Shown: positions 11,293 to 19,480 of the stretch, one piece after another
Layout: each line of letters opens with the position of its first letter
Numbering within the stretch: the first letter of the stretch is position 1
DNA from: an uncultured Bacteroidales bacterium
Lineage (GTDB): Bacteria; Bacteroidota; Bacteroidia; Bacteroidales; WCHB1-69
Assembly: GCA_946409645.1 (NCBI GenBank)
Contig: CAMJXE010000001.1
Coordinates: 27,710 to 91,709 of the forward strand
Direction of reading: 5' to 3'
DNA: 64,000 bases
Program-made: the position numbers and the translations under genes
Notes under the pieces: generated by a model
Told to the model about the DNA's origin: nothing
The model's database searches: none
The model's input: only the letters and a program-made list of their open reading frames with translations

Positions 11293-11845
11293 ATCTGCCT
11301 CTACAAGACTTTTCGATAGTCTTATCCAAGGTAGTACTTTTATGACAATTGAATACAATACGCCAAAAGATTATATTGAAAGATATTGGAGAGCTCTAAA
11401 TCAAGCTGGGAGGCCTACCCTACACGGAAATATATTTGAATATATTATATATACTTTGTTGTATCGTGAAGGGATAAGACCTTTCTATACTCAAGCTAAA
11501 GTCGCATTTGTCCCAAATGTAAATTTTGACACTTTATTGTACTGTCAATCAACCCCAGTAAGCCTTTCTCTTAAAACTAGTTTAAGAGAGCGTTATAAAC
11601 AAGCGGACTTAGAAGCTATTGCCTTGAAATATGTTCATCGTAAATCCAAATGCTATTTGTTAACTATGGATTCGGCAGAAGCAACTGTTCAAAAAGCTAA
11701 AATTTTGAGCGGGGATATTATTGGGCTTGACGAGATTATAGACTGCCATTCGGAAGACATCAATAATCTAATAAATAATCTAAAAAACATCCAATTCACC
11801 ACATCAAACAGAATTGATGTGGTTCAAGGCAATTTAATACAATGA
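11255..11845 (+). CDS. small putative PD-(D/E)xK restriction endonuclease
   Basis: FEYIIY ... NVNFDTLLY ... VSLSLKTSLRERYKQ looks like an E / D / x-K nuclease core with the K-T-S-x-R-E-R tail seen in several type II enzymes. It overlaps the dcm stop, and its stop overlaps the next ATG (ATGA). The start is uncertain (11237 TTG, 11255 or 11342). Confidence 0.5.
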   Translation: MGELVNQQIAKNESASTRLFDSLIQGSTFMTIEYNTPKDYIERYWRALNQAGRPTLHGNIFEYIIYTLLYREGIRPFYTQAKVAFVPNVNFDTLLYCQSTPVSLSLKTSLRERYKQADLEAIALKYVHRKSKCYLLTMDSAEATVQKAKILSGDIIGLDEIIDCHSEDINNLINNLKNIQFTTSNRIDVVQGNLIQ

Positions 11846-13296
11846 TTATGGATAGTATAAAAACAAAACAATTATTTATCGAATACCTTAAACAACGCGG
11901 CAAAAAAGAGCGAACAATAAAAGCATATAGTGAAACGGTGCCGAATAAGAGTGAAGTAAAAGCAATTATCAAAAGTTGTTCTAACCATGATGATTTATTT
12001 GAGGTACTTCATCCTGATATAGTATCTGAAATTGTTGAAAAAATAAAGGAACAAGAATTTGATATTGTAGGGAATCGAATGTATTCGGCTGCTATTAGTC
12101 AATATCAGTTTTTTTTATCCCAAACTAAGATAGATGGACATTATACTTCATCAACACAAAGTAACAATTATTTTAAAGAAGCGCACAATATCATTATGAG
12201 TAAAACTAATAATGATATACAACTGTTCTCCATTAATATCATTATCGAAAGCCTCCTCTCCACTGGCCTAATCTATTCCGAAACCCTCATTAAGCGCCTC
12301 GCCTATTCGCTGATGGCCAAGCCTTTCGTGATCCTCAGCGGGCTGGCAGGTTCGGGAAAGACGCAATTAGCGTTGGCTTTCGCCAAATGCCTGAGCGAGA
12401 ACATCAAGGAGCAGGTCTGTTCGGTTTCCATCGGGGCGGATTGGACCAACCGCGAGCCGCTATTGGGCTATCCCAATGCCCTGAAAAACGATGAATACGT
12501 ACTGCCCGAAAGCGGCGTGCTGCAACTCTTGATGCGAGCCAACGAGGACCAGAGCAAACCCTATTTCCTGATTCTCGATGAAATGAACCTCAGCGTGGTG
12601 GAACGCTACTTTGCCGATTTTCTCAGCGCCATGGAGTCGGGCGAACCTATCAAACTTTGGGACAATGAAAAAGGAAACGTTCCCAAAGTAGTTGAATTGT
12701 CCAAGAATGTCTTCATCATCGGCACCATCAACGTGGATGAAACCACCTATATGTTCAGCCCCAAGGTGCTCGACCGCGCCAACGTGATTGAATTCAAGAT
12801 TGCACCCGATGAGATGGCGAAATATCTCAATGAGACGAAAGACATCCACCTCGAAAACGCCTATTCCGCCTGCGCCGATATGGCTGCGGACTTCGTGAAC
12901 AAAGCCAAGTCACAAATTCAGATTGACAATGCGGATGAAAAATCGGTTTTGCTCTCGTTCTTCACCGAGTTGAAGAAAGTCAATGCCGAGTTTGGCTACC
13001 GTACCGTAAATGAAATCAGCCGTTACCTGCACTTTGCGGAAGGAGATTTGGAAAATAATGCTGCAATAGACACCGCTATCCTGCAAAAACTGCTGCCAAA
13101 ACTGCATGGATCCCGCAAGAAACTCGTGCCCGTGCTCACTTCATTATGGCAACTCTGCCAAAAAAATGGCATTTCCAAAGAGATAGATGCCGAGTTTAAT
13201 GCTACAGATTTCAAATATCCCGAATCGGCGGAGAAGATTCAGCGGATGTACCATGCTGTGGTGGACAATGGATTTACTAGTTTTGCGGAGGCGTAA
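11842..13296 (+). CDS. McrB-type AAA+ (AAA_5) restriction motor with a novel N-terminal domain
   Basis: Walker A LSGLAGSGKT, Walker B FLILDEMNLS, and the McrB-like GTINVDETT..SPKVLDRANVIEF. The N-terminal ~135 aa are unassigned; LFIEYLKQRGKKERTIKAYS resembles an integrase SAM-like fold. Confidence 0.85.
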   Translation: MIMDSIKTKQLFIEYLKQRGKKERTIKAYSETVPNKSEVKAIIKSCSNHDDLFEVLHPDIVSEIVEKIKEQEFDIVGNRMYSAAISQYQFFLSQTKIDGHYTSSTQSNNYFKEAHNIIMSKTNNDIQLFSINIIIESLLSTGLIYSETLIKRLAYSLMAKPFVILSGLAGSGKTQLALAFAKCLSENIKEQVCSVSIGADWTNREPLLGYPNALKNDEYVLPESGVLQLLMRANEDQSKPYFLILDEMNLSVVERYFADFLSAMESGEPIKLWDNEKGNVPKVVELSKNVFIIGTINVDETTYMFSPKVLDRANVIEFKIAPDEMAKYLNETKDIHLENAYSACADMAADFVNKAKSQIQIDNADEKSVLLSFFTELKKVNAEFGYRTVNEISRYLHFAEGDLENNAAIDTAILQKLLPKLHGSRKKLVPVLTSLWQLCQKNGISKEIDAEFNATDFKYPESAEKIQRMYHAVVDNGFTSFAEA

Positions 13297-13310
13297 TTGG
13301 AAATTCATTT

Positions 13311-14501
13311 ATGACGAATGGAATTGTTCGTAATCTTATGAAGAATAGAATCAAGACGACAAGTGAAAACATGAGCGAATTGGAGCAACAATTTGCTTAT
13401 GTGAACACCATAATTGAGAGGCATCGCGAATCTGCCATCAGGTTGGTGAATGGCGAAGCATTGCTAACAAACTGGGAAATTGGACAATATATTTCAACAC
13501 AGCTGAAATCATCGGCATGGGGCGACAAAGTAGTAAGTCAATTGGCCGATTACTTAAAACGTATGAATCCGAAACGGAGAGGCTTTGGCAAGCGTCACCT
13601 GTACAATATGGTCAAATTCTATGACCTCTATGCCAAAAAGGAATTCTCCGATTTGGTCATGCGGCTTCAGCTTCCTGAAAATGTGCAATTACCGATTGCA
13701 CATTTTCAGGAAACGCATTTGTCAAATGAAACATTTGTGCAATTGGCAATTGCACAAATAGAAACCGCCCAAATCACAATGCCTGCAGTGCTCGGTCTAA
13801 TACCTTTTACAAGCCATATTGAAATCATGAACCGTTGTCGTTCAAACGAAGAGCGGCTGTTCTATATGCTCTATGCTGCACAACAGCATCTTAAAACCGA
13901 AGAACTTCGTAGATGCATTGTCAACCAAACATATTCGGCATTGCTTGAAAAGGACAAGATGTTGTCACCTGCTCTTCTGGACGAGTATCCCAATGCTGAC
14001 TTCATCCTTAAAGACAGGGCTTTTGTGGATTTCTTGAATCTGCCAAAGTCACACAACGAGCATCACTTGCACAATGGTCTGCTGGAACACATGAAGGAAT
14101 TCATTATGGAGTTAGGCAAAGATTTTCTGTTCATGGAGAGTGAATACGGTGTTCAGGTTGGTGGCTCGACAAAACGAATAGATTTGCTGTTTTATCACCG
14201 AGCACTGCAATGCCTTGTGGCCATAGAATTGAAGGCGACGGATTTTGAACCAGAATTTGTTGGAAAGATGGATATGTATCTGGAGGCGCTTGACCGTGAT
14301 GTTAAACGCGAGAACGAGAATCCGAGTATCGGCATCATTTTATGTCCATCTGCCGACCGCAGCATGGTTGAATACACATTAAGCCGTTCTCTTAGTCCAA
14401 CTATGGTTGCCGAATATCAACGCAAACTGATTCCTCAAGATGTTATGCAGCGGTCACTACAGGAATATTGTGATTTTTTGCAAAAAAGCATCAATAAGTA
14501 A
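13311..14501 (+). CDS. DUF1016 / YhcG-family PD-(D/E)xK nuclease, copy 2
   Basis: Core RIDLLFYHRALQCLVAIELK and a YhcG-type N-terminal domain. It starts 14 nt after the McrB-like stop and ends 9 nt before the McrC-like start. Confidence 0.85.
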   Translation: MTNGIVRNLMKNRIKTTSENMSELEQQFAYVNTIIERHRESAIRLVNGEALLTNWEIGQYISTQLKSSAWGDKVVSQLADYLKRMNPKRRGFGKRHLYNMVKFYDLYAKKEFSDLVMRLQLPENVQLPIAHFQETHLSNETFVQLAIAQIETAQITMPAVLGLIPFTSHIEIMNRCRSNEERLFYMLYAAQQHLKTEELRRCIVNQTYSALLEKDKMLSPALLDEYPNADFILKDRAFVDFLNLPKSHNEHHLHNGLLEHMKEFIMELGKDFLFMESEYGVQVGGSTKRIDLLFYHRALQCLVAIELKATDFEPEFVGKMDMYLEALDRDVKRENENPSIGIILCPSADRSMVEYTLSRSLSPTMVAEYQRKLIPQDVMQRSLQEYCDFLQKSINK

Positions 14502-14510
14502 AATGATATT

Positions 14511-16835
14511 ATGGCAGACCATCTTGACATACCTATCGTAGGAAAGCACGGAAGCGTGAGGCTGCTGGTGTATCCGCAATCCTCGAATGCGAAAGTGTTC
14601 GAAGACGAGCAGGCTGCCGAAATGGGCGAAGCCCGTTGGCAATTGGTGGAGGGCGAGGAGTATGAATACGAGTTCGAGGGCAATTACCGTTTCAAGGAAC
14701 ACGAACTTGTCAGGCCTTTCAAGAGCAACCCGTCGAGGGGACTGATCAAAACGGGCATCTATGTCGGTTGCCTGACGCTGACTGTCACCAACGATGCAGA
14801 CTTCGTTGCCGAGATTAGCTTTGAGGTACGTTCCGTCAAAATGGATTACCGGACGGATTACAAGACAATGCTCCACGACATCACCAGCCACTTCACGGAT
14901 TTGGTGATGATGCAAGGCGCACCCGTAACCCAACGGTTCGAGGTGGATGCCAACGAGGACAGCCGCACACTTTATCAGCAATTCGCTTTCATGAAATCAC
15001 TGATTGACAGCGAAGAGTTTGAAGAAGCCCTGAACAAGATTCTTTATAATCCTATCCACAAATGGACGGGAACGATCATAGAGAAAGACATTTGTTCCGT
15101 AAAGAAACTCGGGCGGCAGGAATTAAAACAGATTGCCTCCAATAAGAATCGGTTGCCACTGGGAGAAGGAATAACTATTGGCGACCATATCGACAGCGTT
15201 CCGCGAAGATTGTCGGTTTCCTACAAGAAAGACACTGTCGATGTGACGGAAAACCGTTTTGTGAAGTTTGTATTACAGTCGTTTTCTTCATTTTGCAGCA
15301 TCATCCAGCAATGCAAAAATGCCAGTCCAAGACTGAAAACCGAGGCTGAACTGACGGCAAACAAACTGACGGGATGGCTGAGCCGCAGCTTCTTCCTGGA
15401 TGTTTCCAACTTGCGGACTATGACTTTGAATAGTCCCGCATTGCAGCGCAAAGAAGGCTATCGGGAAGTGCTGCAGGCCTGGATGATGTCGAAACTGGCG
15501 GCACAAATCACTTGGAAAGGCGGCGACAACGTGTATCAAGCCGGCAAACGGAATGTGGCGGCTCTTTACGAATATTGGGTGTTCTTCAAGTTGCTTGACA
15601 TCGTTAAAGAAACCTTCCATTTGGAACTGACGGAAGAAGATGAAAAGAAGTTAGTCAAAACCGACAAGGACCACATCAATCTGGAACTCAAGCAAGGCCA
15701 CATGAAAATGATTGGTGGTCAGTTCCGCGAAGCCTCTCGAACTTTGAATGTGCGCTTGTATTACAACCGCACTTTCAGCACATCCGACCAACTGGACAAA
15801 AGCGGTTCTTGGACCACCGCCATGCGTCCCGATTACACTTTGTCAATTTGGTCGGGAAACATCAAGGAAAACGAAGCAGAAGAACAAGACCTCATCGTTC
15901 ACATCCATTTTGATGCAAAGTATAAACTGAACCGAATCCTGCTCAACGAAAGAGAACTTGACGACACACATACTTTTGAAGATGAGGATGCAGAACTTTC
16001 GGAAGAAGATTTGCTGATGAATCAGGAGAAGAAGGAAGAAGAAAAAGGCATCTACAAACGGGTGGATTTGTTGAAAATGCATGCTTACAAAGATGCGATT
16101 CGGCGGACAAGCGGATCCTACATTCTTTACCCTGGCTCGGAAAACAAAAGTCTGAAAGGTTTTCACGAGATTTTGCCTGGGCTGGGAGCCTTTTGCCTGT
16201 CGCCAAACAGCATAGAAAAAGACTCAAAAGAAATCGAGCATTTCTTGCACGACATTTTAGAGCACATGCTCAATAGGGCTTCCCAACGCGAACGCATGTC
16301 GTACCACACATACGAGATCTATAAGAATGAGCCATCCGTGGTCTGCGAACCTATGCCGGAGCCGTATGGGAACGATCGCAACTTGGTACCAGAAGAAACA
16401 TTTGTGTTGTTGGGCTCATACAAAGATGAAAATCACCTACAATGGATTCTCAAAAATAATATTTATAATGCAAGAACTGGAACAAGAACTGGCTCTTTGC
16501 GCTTGAAAAAAGAAATCACCGGAGCCAAATATGTATTCTTGCACAAAGGTGACACTCAACTGCTTTTAAGATTGAGCGATAAAGGACCAAGAGTAATGTC
16601 AAAAGAAGATTTGGAGAAAAAGCCTTATCGCAACTTGTACACTCCTTCACGGCTTTATTATGTGGTGTTTGATTTGAATTCAAATGAAATGGAAAATGAA
16701 TTCAAGGATGTGAAATGGAATATTTCTCAAATGATTAAAGATGGGATTATCGGCGAAGGACATTTGAGCGCCGAACCCGAAGGAATTTCTTTAGCAACGT
16801 TAATGAAATACGTAAAACATAACAAATCTCACTGA
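14511..16835 (+). CDS. DUF2357 + McrC-like PD-(D/E)xK nuclease with an extra C-terminal domain
   Basis: DUF2357-like SFEVRSVKMDYRTDYKTMLHDI. Nuclease core LYEYWVFFKLL .. MRPDYTL .. IHFDAKYK .. HAYKDAIRRTSGSYILYPG. The last ~150 aa are unassigned. Confidence 0.75.
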   Translation: MADHLDIPIVGKHGSVRLLVYPQSSNAKVFEDEQAAEMGEARWQLVEGEEYEYEFEGNYRFKEHELVRPFKSNPSRGLIKTGIYVGCLTLTVTNDADFVAEISFEVRSVKMDYRTDYKTMLHDITSHFTDLVMMQGAPVTQRFEVDANEDSRTLYQQFAFMKSLIDSEEFEEALNKILYNPIHKWTGTIIEKDICSVKKLGRQELKQIASNKNRLPLGEGITIGDHIDSVPRRLSVSYKKDTVDVTENRFVKFVLQSFSSFCSIIQQCKNASPRLKTEAELTANKLTGWLSRSFFLDVSNLRTMTLNSPALQRKEGYREVLQAWMMSKLAAQITWKGGDNVYQAGKRNVAALYEYWVFFKLLDIVKETFHLELTEEDEKKLVKTDKDHINLELKQGHMKMIGGQFREASRTLNVRLYYNRTFSTSDQLDKSGSWTTAMRPDYTLSIWSGNIKENEAEEQDLIVHIHFDAKYKLNRILLNERELDDTHTFEDEDAELSEEDLLMNQEKKEEEKGIYKRVDLLKMHAYKDAIRRTSGSYILYPGSENKSLKGFHEILPGLGAFCLSPNSIEKDSKEIEHFLHDILEHMLNRASQRERMSYHTYEIYKNEPSVVCEPMPEPYGNDRNLVPEETFVLLGSYKDENHLQWILKNNIYNARTGTRTGSLRLKKEITGAKYVFLHKGDTQLLLRLSDKGPRVMSKEDLEKKPYRNLYTPSRLYYVVFDLNSNEMENEFKDVKWNISQMIKDGIIGEGHLSAEPEGISLATLMKYVKHNKSH

Positions 16836-16837
16836 TT

Positions 16838-17104
16838 ATGCCCCACACCCTCTACAAAACCCAAGGCACCTGCTCGCAGTTCATCGATGTGACCGTTGAT
16901 GACAACGGCGTCATCCAGCAGGTCTTCTTCATGGGCGGATGCGACGGAAACCTCCAAGGCATCTGCCGGTTGGTCGTCGGACAGAAAATCGACGACGTCA
17001 TCCCGAAGCTCAACGGCATCCGCTGCGGCGGCAAACCCACCTCCTGCCCCGACCAGCTCTGCCGAGCACTGGAATCGCTGAAGCAGTCCGCACAAGAAAA
17101 ATAA
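16838..17104 (+). CDS. TSCPD-domain small protein (TIGR03905-like)
   Basis: 88 aa containing GTCS..FMGGCDGNLQGI..IRCGGKPTSCPDQL. Confidence 0.75.
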   Translation: MPHTLYKTQGTCSQFIDVTVDDNGVIQQVFFMGGCDGNLQGICRLVVGQKIDDVIPKLNGIRCGGKPTSCPDQLCRALESLKQSAQEK

Positions 17105-17116
17105 TACAACCCCCTG

Positions 17117-18025
17117 ATGCTCTCCTCCTCGCTGAAACGGAATGTTGCGGTAGCGCTTTTCCTCACCCTCATGGTGGCGGCGGCGGATGCTTCGGAACTA
17201 CGCGAGATCGTCTTCCCCGAGGCGGCCGCGCTGTGCGTCGGACTCTGGCTGATGCCCAAGGCGGTGTGGAACATACGCGGATGGCAGATCCCCCTCTACC
17301 TGACGGCCGCGGCCACCATCGGACTGGCCCTCAATCTGTGGCTTCCCGCCTGCTTTGAGATCCGCTTCGCTTTCGCTTTCGTCCTCGTGATGGGGCTGCT
17401 GCGACTGGTGCGCTGCAATATGTACCCCACCGTTTCGGCGGCCATGCTGCCCGTGCTGATAAACACCTCCTCGTGGCTCTATCCCGTGTGCGTGCTCGTG
17501 ATTTCCACGCTGCTGGCTCTCGGCAGAGGCTGGCTCCGGCAAGATGAACGACCGGAATACCACCCCTTCGGAGGAGGACAGTTGGCCCTGCTCACGGCCG
17601 CCGTGTGCCTGCCATTAGTCGTCACCCACTGCGCTCCCATTCCCACCATGCGCTTTCTTGCGGTGCCCCCTCTGGTGGTCACCATGATCGAGTTCGCCAA
17701 CCGCCGCAGCGGCTTCCGCGAACGGCCGTGGACCATCTGGGGACTCATCGTCGCTGCCGCTACTTTGGGCACCCTCACTGGCCTTCTGTTCCATCATCGT
17801 TGGGGTCTCCCGATGGCGGTGGGCACCTTCGTGACCGTGCCGCCGATGCTCTTTCTTTTCAGACGGTTCAAGCCCTTCGCGCCCGCTTTGGCCATAGCCA
17901 TCGTACCGGCACTGCTGCCCTGCGAAGTCCTCCCGTGGTTCCCGCTCCTTGCAGCCCTCGGCGGAGGCTGGTTCATCCTCGCCGGAATGCTGCTCCCCAA
18001 ATGGATGCCGTCTGGAAAAGCATAA
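17117..18025 (+). CDS. polytopic integral membrane protein, family not recognised
   Basis: About 8 hydrophobic segments, GC-rich, with a possible internal duplication. Confidence 0.6.
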   Translation: MLSSSLKRNVAVALFLTLMVAAADASELREIVFPEAAALCVGLWLMPKAVWNIRGWQIPLYLTAAATIGLALNLWLPACFEIRFAFAFVLVMGLLRLVRCNMYPTVSAAMLPVLINTSSWLYPVCVLVISTLLALGRGWLRQDERPEYHPFGGGQLALLTAAVCLPLVVTHCAPIPTMRFLAVPPLVVTMIEFANRRSGFRERPWTIWGLIVAAATLGTLTGLLFHHRWGLPMAVGTFVTVPPMLFLFRRFKPFAPALAIAIVPALLPCEVLPWFPLLAALGGGWFILAGMLLPKWMPSGKA

Positions 18026-18055
18026 TTTTGAAAAGTAACATAGCAAGGTGGCTTG

Positions 18056-18081
18056 TTTTACTTTTGTTGCCAAAAGTAAAA
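18056..18081. repeat. perfect 11-bp-arm palindrome TTTTACTTTTG-ttgc-CAAAAGTAAAA
   Basis: Read directly from the sequence. A second, imperfect copy lies at about 18096..18122 and an extra half-site at 18031..18038. Confidence 0.85.
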
Positions 18082-18132
18082 TAACGGTGTTTCTATTTTT
18101 ACCTTTCGGTCAAAAAGTAAAATAAAAAGTTG

Positions 18133-18140
18133 TATTTTTG
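18133..18140 (+). promoter_or_regulatory. -7 box TATTTTTG for fic
   Basis: Exact TAnnTTTG; ATG at 18162. Confidence 0.5.
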
Positions 18141-18161
18141 CATCCAAATAATACAAATGAG

Positions 18162-19301
18162 ATGATAGCATTAGAAAACTACCAGTCAGGACATTATGAA
18201 CAAGGGACAGGATATAAGTATTTCGTCCCCACTAAAATAAATGACGAATGGACGTGGAAAGATCCGGCTATAAGCAATCTTTTGGAAAAGGCATCCTTAC
18301 GACTTGGAGAGCTTAACTCGTACTCTCGTCTTGTGCCAAATATAGACCTGTTCATTCAACTTCACGTCACAAAAGAGGCCGTGCTTTCAAGCCGCATTGA
18401 AGGCATGCAGACCCATATTTATGAGGCCCTTTTGCCACAATCTGAGGTGCGTGAGGAACGTCGGAACGATTGGCAAGAAGTACGCAACTATGTCAATGCC
18501 ATCAACGACGCCATCAAAAACCTTGACAAACTCCCAATATCGTCACGGCTTATTCGTTCTACACATAAGATATTGTTGAATAGCGTTCGCGGAGAGCATA
18601 AAATGCCGGGTGAATACCGGACAAGCCAAAACTGGATTGGCGGCAATGCCATTGCGGACGCCCGTTTCATACCCCCTCATCATCAACTTGTCGGTGAATT
18701 GATGGGGGATCTTGAGAATTTTCTGAATAATCCAGATGTAAATGTCCCTGATTTGGTTAAAATAGCTATCGCCCATTATCAATTTGAGACTATCCACCCG
18801 TTCCTTGATGGTAATGGACGTATTGGCCGACTTCTGATCACCCTTTTTATGGTGGAGGAAAAGATACTTGACAAACCTCTGCTTTATTTGTCCACATATT
18901 TTGAAAAAAGAAAGGATCTATACTATGATAACCTTAACATGGTTAGGGTAAACAATGATATGTTACATTGGGTAAAATATTTTCTTGTGGGTATTGAACA
19001 GACAGCGACACTTGCGGTTCAAACTCTTACAAAAATTATTCAATTCAAAGAAGGAATAGAAAACCACATCCGTATTCATTATGGTCGGCGGAGTACGAAC
19101 ACTATATTACTTATACACCGACTTCTTCAAGATCCGGTAATAACAGTCGATGATGCTGCTCATATTTGTGGAATTTCATACAAAGCCGCTAACGACATTG
19201 TCAAACTTCTTTGCAATGATAAATACCTTGTGGAATCCACAGGCCAAAGTCGTAACCGGTTGTTCACATTCAAACCATATACAGATATTTTTGCAGAATA
19301 A
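18162..19301 (+). CDS. Fic-family protein (AMPylase-type) with N-terminal inhibitory motif
   Basis: Fic motif HPFLDGNGRIGR and inhibitory (S/T)xxxE(G/N) motif SSRIEG. The start is moved to the first ATG after the promoter box. Confidence 0.9.
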   Translation: MIALENYQSGHYEQGTGYKYFVPTKINDEWTWKDPAISNLLEKASLRLGELNSYSRLVPNIDLFIQLHVTKEAVLSSRIEGMQTHIYEALLPQSEVREERRNDWQEVRNYVNAINDAIKNLDKLPISSRLIRSTHKILLNSVRGEHKMPGEYRTSQNWIGGNAIADARFIPPHHQLVGELMGDLENFLNNPDVNVPDLVKIAIAHYQFETIHPFLDGNGRIGRLLITLFMVEEKILDKPLLYLSTYFEKRKDLYYDNLNMVRVNNDMLHWVKYFLVGIEQTATLAVQTLTKIIQFKEGIENHIRIHYGRRSTNTILLIHRLLQDPVITVDDAAHICGISYKAANDIVKLLCNDKYLVESTGQSRNRLFTFKPYTDIFAE

Positions 19302-19321
19302 TCAAGATAAATTATCTCCTT

Positions 19322-19477
19322 ATGTCCATTTTCCGCGTCATCCTCTCCATCATCTTCCCCCCTTTGGCCGTCATCGACCGCGGGTGCGGCTCCATCCTCA
19401 TCGTCCTTACCCTCACCGGCTGCGGCTGGGTGCCGGGCGTCATCGCCGCGTTGGTCATCCTCAACAAGAACGAATAA
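19322..19477 (+). CDS. YqaE/Pmp3-family small membrane protein (51 aa)
   Basis: Manual translation gives MSIFRVILSIIFPPLAVIDRGCGSILIVLTLTGCGWVPGVIAALVILNKNE. It is below the 60-aa cut-off of the ORF track. Confidence 0.7.
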   Translation: MSIFRVILSIIFPPLAVIDRGCGSILIVLTLTGCGWVPGVIAALVILNKNE

Positions 19478-19480
19478 GTT

